From the IMG/VR virus record IMGVR_UViG_3300014202_000529, positions 104,790 to 168,789 of that record: 64,000 nucleotides of DNA; one strand, given 5' to 3'. Made by a program: the position numbers and the translations under genes. Origin of the DNA: a virus (lineage: Duplodnaviria; Caudoviricetes). A model generated the notes under the pieces. It did not search any database. It was not told the origin of the DNA and saw nothing but the letters and a program-made list of their open reading frames with translations. Shown piece by piece: positions 45,133 to 53,745 of this stretch; position 1 is the stretch's first letter; the number at the start of each line of letters is the position of its first letter.

Positions 45133-46592
45133 TATTCACCCATTTGTATGTGGTAGAGTTTAAAGGAGAGCTTTTCTTCACCATATATTATACAGCGTTG
45201 TTCGAAATGTTTCAAGAGGAAATTTGTGTACGATCCAACTTTAAGATCATCTACGATGTCGAATAGTGTAGCGTGGTCCTTTCCCTGAGCTTTTCTTAAT
45301 CCTCTTCCAATCGACTGAAGGTTTCGTATCCTAGCTTTGGACGGTGCAGCAAAGATAACATTATGTAGGTTCTTGATGTTGATACCAGTACTGAAAGTTC
45401 CATAGGATGCAATGATAATTGAGTTTGAACTTTCCTCAACTATTCCTCTGATTCTCTCCCGATCTTCAGTCTCAACCCCACCATGTACATAGAATACTTG
45501 GTGATCTTTTGAATGGGTGGATATATCTTTATAGAGTTTTTCACCATGCTTTTCCACTAGCTGGAAGAGGATGAGAGTGTTTCCAGGTATAGAGAGAGCA
45601 AGGTTTCGTATGAATTTGGTTCTTGCTGGGTGTGATATGACGGCATCATATTCCACCTTATAGTCAGCTTTTCGATGTATTTTACAGAATTGCTCTGGGT
45701 ATTTCAATACGAGAGCTTTGATCTTTAGAGGGGAAATGATACCCTCGTCCATCAGCTTACGGGTTGTGGTTGGTTGGAATACAGGTCCAAAATGACCCTC
45801 AAGGACTAGTTTATGGGTCTTGGTGCCATCCAGCGTTCCTGTGGTACCAATGCGAACGTCAGCATTGACAAGCCCGTTCATAATTTGTGTGAGGGATTTT
45901 GCTTTGAATTGGTGAGCTTCATCCCCAATAACAAAATCAAACTGTGCAAGGTATTCTGGTTTCATGAGGTAAAGGGATTGCCAGGTAGAAATAGTGATGA
46001 AGTGTTTGGTGGTCTTTTCTTTACCGGCATATAATCTATGCACATATTGTGAGGAGTTCCATCCATAAGATTCAAAGTCTTTGTAGAGCTGTTCGACCAA
46101 TGAAGTAGTTGGAACAACAATAACACCTTTTCGGTGATTTTGCTGCAGGAATCTGACAATAAGATAGATGAGTAGGGACTTCCCTGATGATGTTGGAGAT
46201 AGGATGAGTGCGCGTTTATAGCGGATCGACTTAGCAAATGCTTCTATTTGGTGTGGATATGGGGTAACTGGAAGCTTCAGTGTCCTGCTATAATCCTCAG
46301 CTTCACTGACAGAGAAGTTGGTGGTTAGGAGAACAGATTCATCAATTGCAAGTTGATATTGTCTATCATTCGCAAATTTGGTGATGTATGAGACGAGTCC
46401 AAATGGAAGGGTAGAGAACCTTCTATCAAACAAACGGATCTTACCATCCCATATGCCACTCTTATAGAGGGGTTGATATTGGTACCCTGGTGTGTAGAAT
46501 GAGAAGTAATCGGACAACTCCGATTGCACTTCATCCTCTGAAGACACGTATAACAGCGATTCATTTTTCTTTGTAACAACAATTTGTGGCAT
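45132..46592 (-). CDS. uvsW: SF2 DNA helicase UvsW
   Basis: WDGKIRL, SPTSSGKS, DEAH, TGT, LQSIGRGLR. Confidence 0.95.
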   Translation of the reverse strand: MPQIVVTKKNESLLYVSSEDEVQSELSDYFSFYTPGYQYQPLYKSGIWDGKIRLFDRRFSTLPFGLVSYITKFANDRQYQLAIDESVLLTTNFSVSEAEDYSRTLKLPVTPYPHQIEAFAKSIRYKRALILSPTSSGKSLLIYLIVRFLQQNHRKGVIVVPTTSLVEQLYKDFESYGWNSSQYVHRLYAGKEKTTKHFITISTWQSLYLMKPEYLAQFDFVIGDEAHQFKAKSLTQIMNGLVNADVRIGTTGTLDGTKTHKLVLEGHFGPVFQPTTTRKLMDEGIISPLKIKALVLKYPEQFCKIHRKADYKVEYDAVISHPARTKFIRNLALSIPGNTLILFQLVEKHGEKLYKDISTHSKDHQVFYVHGGVETEDRERIRGIVEESSNSIIIASYGTFSTGINIKNLHNVIFAAPSKARIRNLQSIGRGLRKAQGKDHATLFDIVDDLKVGSYTNFLLKHFEQRCIIYGEEKLSFKLYHIQMGE

Positions 46593-46595
46593 GTA

Positions 46596-47057
46596 TTATT
46601 GTCCACTGATAAACCGTTCCCAGGTAATGATATCTTTCAGTTGGAACGTTCTACTGTTTAATTCCTTAATGATAGATTCGCATGCTTCAACCATCTCTTC
46701 ATGTACTTCAATCACCCTCTTTGCATTCAATACATCAGGGTCACTGTCCATGTATATATTAATATCGGCTTTGAGGGTATAGGGAAACGGACTCCAATTG
46801 TACTTTTTTAGTGCTTCTTGATCGAGTCTCCCAGAGTAATACTCGTATTTTATCCTCTTTAGCTTTGCAAATGTCCGATTAGATTCCTTGAATGCCCTGC
46901 GATGGGTAGAGAGGATGGTGAGGTATTTAGAATGGAGTGAACCGATCCTCTGGAGTTCCTTTGAAGGCTCCAACCGGTCCATCTTTGAATCTTTTTTCCA
47001 TTCCTCTAAGAGAGAATCAACCTGTGCCTGTGATGGGGTTTTTGTGTCAAGTAGCAT
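46596..47057 (-). CDS. uvsY: Recombination mediator UvsY
   Basis: W..DS, LHSKYL, EYYSG, RTFQLKDII.W..F..G. Confidence 0.88.
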   Translation of the reverse strand: MLLDTKTPSQAQVDSLLEEWKKDSKMDRLEPSKELQRIGSLHSKYLTILSTHRRAFKESNRTFAKLKRIKYEYYSGRLDQEALKKYNWSPFPYTLKADINIYMDSDPDVLNAKRVIEVHEEMVEACESIIKELNSRTFQLKDIITWERFISGQ

Positions 47058-47074
47058 ATCACTCCATAGTATAG

Positions 47075-47608
47075 TTAAATCATTTCAATATCATAGTAAT
47101 CATAACGGAACGTAGCGTCTGATGTGATCGTATCCTCTGGGGTTGATGTGGTTGAGACAACAATATCGCTCAATGATGTTGGAAAACAATTGATAAACTT
47201 AATCCTCAGATTTGGTAGTTGCTTAGTGTTTAAGATGCTCACTGAAATATCTGAGAATTGCGGCATGGGTTTTGCCCATGCATCAGGTCTTGCTCGGAGT
47301 TGACTGTATTGGTTAAAACTTTTAATGAATGTGAGCTGTGCCATCCAATTGAACAGACTAGTCCAGGTTTTTAGATCCTCATCAACTAAAAATGTTATTG
47401 AAAAGGGACCTAGAATTGCTTTGTCACCAGGGGAAAATAGATCAATAAATGGAGTGCTTCGTATCGCTTCACCAATAGAAATACCAGGTAAGTTGACAGT
47501 CTGACACCAATATTGAACGTCTGGAAGTGCTGCCACCTGCAGAGTAAACTTATTGGGTGGTAGAAGATTGGGGTTTGCGGGTGTATTGGTGATACCTGGA
47601 AATGACAT
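47075..47608 (-). CDS. gp3: Tail tube terminator / completion protein (gp3-like)
   Basis: QTVNLPG, PGDK, FLVDED, FPTSLS, ATFRY. Confidence 0.85.
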   Translation of the reverse strand: MSFPGITNTPANPNLLPPNKFTLQVAALPDVQYWCQTVNLPGISIGEAIRSTPFIDLFSPGDKAILGPFSITFLVDEDLKTWTSLFNWMAQLTFIKSFNQYSQLRARPDAWAKPMPQFSDISVSILNTKQLPNLRIKFINCFPTSLSDIVVSTTSTPEDTITSDATFRYDYYDIEMI

Positions 47609-47610
47609 TA

Positions 47611-48126
47611 CTAAGACTCCTTAATCCATTTTAATATAGAAAGTGGTGCATCAATATTCCCTGGGACATGTAGTATTTTATTTAGCGGCATGATGTTTGC
47701 AAGCATATTATTCACTTGCTTGTCTAGTTGTTTTGCTTCTATTTCAGTTTGGTTTCTTCCAAAGTGAGCGTATGGTTTAACTCGTTCAATCACAACAGAT
47801 CGGTTGTTGTAATTGAGAAAAAGATCCCGAACAAGCATATGGAAGGATGCCGGCATAAACCCACCATACACCGACGAGAGAAGAATTGGGCTATCGGTGA
47901 CAATATAGTCAACCTTCCCCATAAGATTGTGGATTCTATGATGCTGCTTAGCGAGAATATAGAGCTGATCGTCTAGTTCTTTCTGTCTTCCTGCCCAGAC
48001 AATATCCTTCGCATACTCAGTAACGAGTTCAACCTTTATTCCATCATTTTTCATCAAGAAAAACAACCCCGCTGCCGTAGTAGATTTACCAGCACCAGGA
48101 CCACCGAATAAATTAATTACGATCAT
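47611..48126 (-). CDS. NadR-like P-loop kinase (AAA_28)
   Basis: INLFGGPGAGKST, ELVTEYAK, TDSPIL, GRNQ. Confidence 0.8.
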   Translation of the reverse strand: MIVINLFGGPGAGKSTTAAGLFFLMKNDGIKVELVTEYAKDIVWAGRQKELDDQLYILAKQHHRIHNLMGKVDYIVTDSPILLSSVYGGFMPASFHMLVRDLFLNYNNRSVVIERVKPYAHFGRNQTEIEAKQLDKQVNNMLANIMPLNKILHVPGNIDAPLSILKWIKES

Positions 48127-48507
48127 TCATGTCTCCGCTTCGATGTCCTCGATAGTTGAGGGGGTGTACTCGTAAGGTTGCGAAAAGAGCGAAGATCCTA
48201 AAAATGTTGAACGTTCAACCCCTCGCATTGGGGATATGAACAAGTAATATGAGAGTATAAGATCATCATGCTCAATGACAACTAAAGCTCTAGTTTTATA
48301 TATGCCTTTATCGTAACCATCTTTGTAGCGTAGTATGGACACAATTTTATAACTGTAATCGTTGCTCACCAGGTTGTATGTTGTCCAAGCTGTAATAGCT
48401 TGCGCATAATTGATATATTGGGAGCTTTGTTTTACTTTTGGTGCATCTGCGTATAGAGGAGTGGTTAAGAGTGTGAGGATTATGATTAATGATGCAAAAT
48501 ATCTCAT
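48127..48507 (-). CDS. Hypothetical exported protein with signal peptide
   Basis: MRYFASLIIILTLLTTPLYA N-terminus; own promoter. Confidence 0.65.
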   Translation of the reverse strand: MRYFASLIIILTLLTTPLYADAPKVKQSSQYINYAQAITAWTTYNLVSNDYSYKIVSILRYKDGYDKGIYKTRALVVIEHDDLILSYYLFISPMRGVERSTFLGSSLFSQPYEYTPSTIEDIEAET

Positions 48508-48532
48508 GTTCCCCCCATTAAAAATGTAACGG

Positions 48533-48562
48533 ATTATATCACATAGGTTAGAAGTGTGTCAA
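48533..48562 (-). promoter_or_regulatory. sigma70-type promoter
   Basis: TTGACA-N18-TATAAT with TG extension. Confidence 0.75.
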
Positions 48563-48596
48563 TAAAAGAAAAGGGGAGCCCTTTCGGACTCCCCTT
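48563..48596 (-). terminator. Intrinsic terminator after gp23
   Basis: AAGGGGAGTCC-GAAA-GGGCTCCCCTT followed by a T-rich tract on the minus strand. Confidence 0.9.
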
Positions 48597-48623
48597 AAAT
48601 TCACAGCACATCCCAGGTGGGTA

Positions 48624-49967
48624 TTAGGCGATGTTGCTGATCTTGAGTGCTCTGTAGTACACGTTTGCGCGGGCGGTAAGTGCACCAGAACCCTGAGTTA
48701 GACCTTCTGCAAATGGGTTGGCAACTAGACCGTAACGAGTCTTGAAACCAATCTTTGGCTGGAAGGTTGCGGTATCGATTGCGCGGACCATCTGTAGGGG
48801 AACGTATGGGCAGTAGAAGATACCTGCGTCAAATGCGTTCTGTCCCTTGTATCCGACAACAGCGAACTCTGAGGACTGTGCTGCTGGGAAGTAAGGATCA
48901 ATGTAAACCTTGTAGCGACCTAGCAAGGTACCTGCGTAGGTGTTCCCTGTGTCGTCAACGTTGAGGTTCACGTTATCCTTCAATGCACCAGCGTAGTCGA
49001 GCAAACCAGCAAGAGCGAATGCACTTGCAACGTCTGACGAGCAGATAACAATGTTACCCTTCCCGCGACGAGTCTGCTTTGCGATTGCGTTAGCTTCACG
49101 CTCGATCTGGTACCCAAGACCCTTGATCTTTTCGACCATCCAACGACCGTTTGAATCGGTGTCGAGGTCAAATGTTCCTGCGGTTGTGGTACCAACCTGG
49201 CATCCGACCTTTGCTACTGTGTAGATGGTGCGGATAACTTCACGGTTGATTTCTGCGAGCACTTCTGCTGAAAGGATGTTTGACAACTCTGTCTCTGCAT
49301 CCAAACCATGAACTGCCTTCAAGTCCTGAGCGAGTTCGAGGGTGTATTCTGCCTTCAAAGCGCGAGTCTTTGCAGTAACAGTTACCTTCTCGATTGAGAA
49401 ACCCATCTCAGCAAATGCCTGTGATCCTGAAGATCCCAAAGCTTCTGCGGTTGCAGTTGCGATACCTGCACCAGTTGCCATGGTTGATGCGAACACGTTT
49501 CCGTTACCTAGTGAGGTATCGGATGCCAAGCTGATTGCTGTCTGTGAGGTCAAATCACCAGCCCATCCTGTGTTAGCTTCGTTGTAGAATGCTTCACCCA
49601 AGCGGTCTGTTGAGCTTGCGTAGTTGGAGCGCATTGCGAAGATTAGTCCTGTAGGACCAGTCATTGGCTGAACTCCGCACACATCGTAAGCAATCAAGTT
49701 AGGAAGTGAACGACGAACCAAGCTGATTAGGATAGGGTCATAACCAGCCATAGGACCTGTTGCTGTTGCTGAACCGGTCAATCCACCACCAGTTGCGTTA
49801 ACTGGCGCTGCTTCGTTGATCATACGAGCTTCTTCCTGCATTGCTTTTGCCTGGTTTTCCAAGACAATAGCAGTCACAGCGCGGCGGTGCTTGTCTGCGA
49901 TCTTAGGAAGGTTCTCATGATCGAGAACTGCGGCCCATTTCTTTTCGAGTTGTTCTGATAAAAACAT
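48624..49967 (-). CDS. gp23: Major capsid protein
   Basis: GVQPMTGPTGLIFAMR, RALKAEYTLELAQDLKAVHG, FYCPYVPL, FQPKIGFKTRYG. Confidence 0.98.
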   Translation of the reverse strand: MFLSEQLEKKWAAVLDHENLPKIADKHRRAVTAIVLENQAKAMQEEARMINEAAPVNATGGGLTGSATATGPMAGYDPILISLVRRSLPNLIAYDVCGVQPMTGPTGLIFAMRSNYASSTDRLGEAFYNEANTGWAGDLTSQTAISLASDTSLGNGNVFASTMATGAGIATATAEALGSSGSQAFAEMGFSIEKVTVTAKTRALKAEYTLELAQDLKAVHGLDAETELSNILSAEVLAEINREVIRTIYTVAKVGCQVGTTTAGTFDLDTDSNGRWMVEKIKGLGYQIEREANAIAKQTRRGKGNIVICSSDVASAFALAGLLDYAGALKDNVNLNVDDTGNTYAGTLLGRYKVYIDPYFPAAQSSEFAVVGYKGQNAFDAGIFYCPYVPLQMVRAIDTATFQPKIGFKTRYGLVANPFAEGLTQGSGALTARANVYYRALKISNIA

Positions 49968-49998
49968 GGTTGAACTCCTTCGTTAATTTACTATCCGA

Positions 49999-51084
49999 TT
50001 ACCTGATGTATTGGCTGATTGCTTTTGCTACTGCGTTAACCTCTGGGTCAACAGCGGCAGTCTTCTTTTCTTCCTGCTGTACAGGTTCCGAAGCTTCTGT
50101 TAGAACTTTTGTATCTAACTTTCTTGGCTCTCCTGCAGGGAAGTAATTCTCACGGATTGTGGTTACTTTCTGAGAGTAATCACCATCTGCGGTGTATTCT
50201 ACACTCTCTGCGAGTGTGCGAACTTTCTCAGCCTGTGTCTGTGTCAATCCTTCACAAACACTCTTCAACACTTCTTCTTTCTTAGCTTCTGTCAACTTCT
50301 TCTGCAACTCAACACCCTTAGCAACTTCCTCGTTCAACTTACCAGTCAATTCTTCAACCTTGGTTGCCAATTCATCAACAACGTCCACCTTCTCAGTTGG
50401 GATGTCGATGTAGTGTTCAGTGAAGAGGTTACGCAAACCAGAAATGAACTCTTCAGTTAATTCTGCACGAATTCCCTTTTCCACTGCCAATTCGTTGTCC
50501 TTCATCCACTGCTCAACAACATAGGACAAGAAATCGTTAATCTGCTTTGTCAACTCTTCTTTGATTTCCAATACGCTGGCTTTGAACTGCTCATCCATCT
50601 GCTTCTTCATTTCTTCTTCGATGGTTGCAACCTTGTCGGTTACGCGAGCTTCATAGATGGTTCCAACTTTTTCTGCAAATTCTTTTGATACGGAAGTTTC
50701 GGATGCGAGGATCTTTGCAACGTCTTCCTTTAACTGACCCTTCCATGCTGAATCATAGATGTGTCCAGAAAGACCTGCTTCAACCTTACCCTTAAGATCT
50801 GCTTGTGCGGCATCTGCGCTATCACCCTCTTTAAGAGGATCTATTTCTGTTGCACCACCCTCAACCTTTTTCAAAGGATCTTTGGTATCACTGTCAGGCT
50901 GCTTACCTGGGGGAGTTGCTTCCTTAGCATGTGGATCAAGCTGCTTGTCAACGTTCTTTTCTGGTGTGCTTCCACCAAGATCCTGAACTTCACCTTCTAC
51001 TTTATGAAGTTCTTCCTTGGGTGCTCCTGCAACACTTTGCTTGAGAAGGTCTGCGGCTGCTTCTAACAATGATGTCTTTTTCAT
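49999..51084 (-). CDS. gp22: Prohead core scaffold protein
   Basis: YVVEQWMKDNELAVEKGIRAEL, LFTEHYIDIP, IRENYF. Confidence 0.92.
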   Translation of the reverse strand: MKKTSLLEAAADLLKQSVAGAPKEELHKVEGEVQDLGGSTPEKNVDKQLDPHAKEATPPGKQPDSDTKDPLKKVEGGATEIDPLKEGDSADAAQADLKGKVEAGLSGHIYDSAWKGQLKEDVAKILASETSVSKEFAEKVGTIYEARVTDKVATIEEEMKKQMDEQFKASVLEIKEELTKQINDFLSYVVEQWMKDNELAVEKGIRAELTEEFISGLRNLFTEHYIDIPTEKVDVVDELATKVEELTGKLNEEVAKGVELQKKLTEAKKEEVLKSVCEGLTQTQAEKVRTLAESVEYTADGDYSQKVTTIRENYFPAGEPRKLDTKVLTEASEPVQQEEKKTAAVDPEVNAVAKAISQYIR

Positions 51085-51114
51085 GAATAATCTCCTTGAG
51101 TAATGCGTAAAAGT

Positions 51115-51122
51115 TATTTATA
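51115..51122 (-). promoter_or_regulatory. Late promoter for gp22-gp23
   Basis: TATAAATA 30 nt upstream of gp22. Confidence 0.85.
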
Positions 51123-51148
51123 ATAATCAGAATTTTGAGAGTAGTTAA

Positions 51149-51802
51149 TTACAACTTTCTCAAAAAATCCTCAAACAACTTAACTGCGGTTTCTTCTATC
51201 TGTGAACGGGATGCTAACTCTATGGTTTTCTTTGCTTTTTCGATGTCCTTCTCAACATAATGGTCTTCGATAAACAACCACTCTTTTCCTTCCATGATAC
51301 CCTGCACAAATGCATCTGGTGCGGAAGGATCTGCAACAATATCTGCAGCGGTTGCTAATTTAAAATCATCTTCAACTAAGTCGATACCATTAGGTCCAGG
51401 AATGACGGACCCCAGCCCGCGAGTTGATACACCTAATGATGCACCGCCATCTAGTAGGTTTCTGACAATCATGCCCATTGGGGTTTCGAGGATAGCAGCT
51501 TTTCCGTAGAAATCATTCCCCTCAGCACGAAGGACCTTGATTAAGTGGGATACGCGATCTAGGTTGATAGATGGGGTGTTTGGGTGTCCGAGTTCACCAT
51601 ACGCACGGTTAGGCTTAATGTACTGTTCATTGTATCGCTGTGATTCTTTAAGAAGAGTTTCGAGACGGTACTGACGCCTGTTCTTGTTGGGTCTTTCCGC
51701 TTGCATGAAGATACCTTCTATAAAGTATCCTCGCTTACCAGTTTTCTGGTCTGCTTCTGTGAGAAACTTTACTTCTGTAACACATTCCTTAATCAGTTTC
51801 AT
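51149..51802 (-). CDS. gp21: Prohead protease
   Basis: IEGIFMQ, GELGHP, GVSTRGLGS, DIVADPSAPDAFV. Confidence 0.96.
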   Translation of the reverse strand: MKLIKECVTEVKFLTEADQKTGKRGYFIEGIFMQAERPNKNRRQYRLETLLKESQRYNEQYIKPNRAYGELGHPNTPSINLDRVSHLIKVLRAEGNDFYGKAAILETPMGMIVRNLLDGGASLGVSTRGLGSVIPGPNGIDLVEDDFKLATAADIVADPSAPDAFVQGIMEGKEWLFIEDHYVEKDIEKAKKTIELASRSQIEETAVKLFEDFLRKL

Positions 51803-51827
51803 CTACGTTCTCCTGCAGGGGTATCCC

Positions 51828-52184
51828 TTAGATCTGTTGTGTATCGACGTTATAGGTTGCTCTTTTAGCAATGGTAATAATAGCAGTTCCACCATTAGTG
51901 ACGGACGCTGTAACACTTGATGTTGATAGGTTCGCAATCGGCATTTCGTCATGCTGCCAATATCCAGAACCAAATACTTTGAGAACTCTCGTAGCTCCCC
52001 TGAATACGTCAACCTGTCCGACTGTAGAATTTGTAGACCACTTGACACTTGTAATGACAAGCGCATTGACATTTTCCCTAGCGGTATTTGCAGAGAAATC
52101 TACTAGGTTTAATGTTGGTGATGCACCATCAATGATGATGAGTGTTGAGGGTCCTTTAAATTTATTCTTAAGTTCGTATGACAT
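51828..52184 (-). CDS. Conserved hypothetical head-region protein
   Basis: Between the prohead core genes and gp21; beta-rich. Confidence 0.7.
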   Translation of the reverse strand: MSYELKNKFKGPSTLIIIDGASPTLNLVDFSANTARENVNALVITSVKWSTNSTVGQVDVFRGATRVLKVFGSGYWQHDEMPIANLSTSSVTASVTNGGTAIITIAKRATYNVDTQQI

Positions 52185-52196
52185 TGTGGTTTCCTC

Positions 52197-52601
52197 TTAC
52201 TTGATTCCCATTGCTTTGCGCTTGCGCATGGTGAGTTTTCTTTTTCGTAACGTCTGCTGCTTATGTGCTCGTCTGAGCCTTGCTGCTCGTTTCTGCTTAA
52301 TCCTATTGCGAATTCTTGTTGCAATAGGTATTCTTTTTAATTTACCAGCGCGAAGAGTAAACCCCTTGACTGCAGATTTTCGTACATTGCGCTGAAGCTT
52401 CCCTCTACGAAACCTTCTACGAATGAGAAGAGTCCTACCCTGTCTAATTACGTTTGCCTCAGAGATAGGTCCGTATACGGATTCTGCAATCTTCTTTTTC
52501 AGCGAGAGAATCCTCTCCTCCACCAATTTATTTAGAGTGGCATGAATCTGCTGCTTTGCCTCCGCTAAATTCTTGGTGATGATGGATACCGCTATGTCCA
52601 T
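52197..52601 (-). CDS. Prohead core protein (gp68-like), very basic C-terminus
   Basis: ISE cleavage-like site, then an R/K-rich tail ending RKRKAMGIK. Confidence 0.7.
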   Translation of the reverse strand: MDIAVSIITKNLAEAKQQIHATLNKLVEERILSLKKKIAESVYGPISEANVIRQGRTLLIRRRFRRGKLQRNVRKSAVKGFTLRAGKLKRIPIATRIRNRIKQKRAARLRRAHKQQTLRKRKLTMRKRKAMGIK

Positions 52602-52602
52602 G

Positions 52603-53391
52603 TTACTTGACGCTCTTCCAAGTAAAATCTAACATCTTATGGAAATGTGGTTTCGACTTCTTTAATAGCAAAGAGAATTTCTTTTTGTTCTCATCATTCA
52701 AAGAATCATGGACAGTGAGAAGCGCATGAGCAGTTGTTGGGTCCACCTTTGTGCTAGAACCATCATCATGTCTAAGTGATTTTGCGGTATGGAATTCTTT
52801 AACTGATCGAAGATGAGAAATAGCATCTTCTTCTAGCACTTCTTCTGTTTGTATCCTAAATTGTTCAAATGATTTCCCTTCATGAACCAAGTTGTGATGA
52901 GGGACATCTGAATGTGAATCATAGCTATTATGTTTCTTGATTGCGCGGTGAACCTGGTTTGCCGACTTGCTACCGAGTTCGTTTAAGTGAACGCCCTTAT
53001 CGCTATGATGCGCGATGCCACTTCCACCCAACCAATTACCATCAAGCTTTTTCCCATCGGTGGAAAGTTTCTTGCTGCCTGGATGTGGCTTCTTGTTGAG
53101 GAATGACTTAATAACTTCATGATCCTTTTTACCAAGGTCAACTTCTAGAATAGTTTCTTGTTCTTCTTTCATCGCTGCAGGAGTGATGAGTGAATCTACA
53201 TCCCCACCAAATGGGACGCTGAAAAACTGATCGAGTTTATCGCTATAGTAGAGTGCGACTAGAGTTTGACCTGGGAAATGACGAATAGACTGTCTGCGAA
53301 GAATGAGGATGTTTGGGGGCAACGCAACACCCGATTCCTGAACAAGTTCAGATTCGTTTAGGTTTTCTCTAAAATCCTTGAAGTTTTTCAT
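52603..53391 (-). CDS. Modular head-internal protein
   Basis: MKNFKDFRENLNE N-terminus; internal KSFEQFR...VLEE; modules bounded by xxE sites. Confidence 0.65.
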   Translation of the reverse strand: MKNFKDFRENLNESELVQESGVALPPNILILRRQSIRHFPGQTLVALYYSDKLDQFFSVPFGGDVDSLITPAAMKEEQETILEVDLGKKDHEVIKSFLNKKPHPGSKKLSTDGKKLDGNWLGGSGIAHHSDKGVHLNELGSKSANQVHRAIKKHNSYDSHSDVPHHNLVHEGKSFEQFRIQTEEVLEEDAISHLRSVKEFHTAKSLRHDDGSSTKVDPTTAHALLTVHDSLNDENKKKFSLLLKKSKPHFHKMLDFTWKSVK

Positions 53392-53395
53392 TTTC

Positions 53396-53707
53396 TTACT
53401 CTTCTAGCCCCGATGACACTGCTGGTGAAAACAAGCTCTGCGCAACAGTTTTCTTATAGTTATCAAGTGCTCCAACAACCCTCTGATTCAATAAATCAGT
53501 GACGATTTCTGTTGCACCAGAATATTCCTTATTTGCAACAAGACTAACGAGAGAACCTAGATGATCCTGATCTTCCGACATGGTTTTCTTTTTTGCTGCT
53601 GCGGCAGAGTCAAGCATAGCTTTTCCCTTTTTAGTGTTGGCTGCTGCATCCAATTCTCGCTTAGCTTTCAATGATCGTTCTCTTACTGCATCTGGTGAAA
53701 GGGACAT
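53396..53707 (-). CDS. Prohead core protein (gp67-like)
   Basis: Directly after the portal; C-terminal KKTVAQSLF. Confidence 0.6.
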   Translation of the reverse strand: MSLSPDAVRERSLKAKRELDAAANTKKGKAMLDSAAAAKKKTMSEDQDHLGSLVSLVANKEYSGATEIVTDLLNQRVVGALDNYKKTVAQSLFSPAVSSGLEE

Positions 53708-53735
53708 GATTGCCTCCGTTGCAAGTCTATAAATC

Positions 53736-53743
53736 TATTTATA
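53736..53743 (-). promoter_or_regulatory. Late promoter
   Basis: TATAAATA between gp20 and the gp67-like gene. Confidence 0.85.
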
Positions 53744-53745
53744 AT

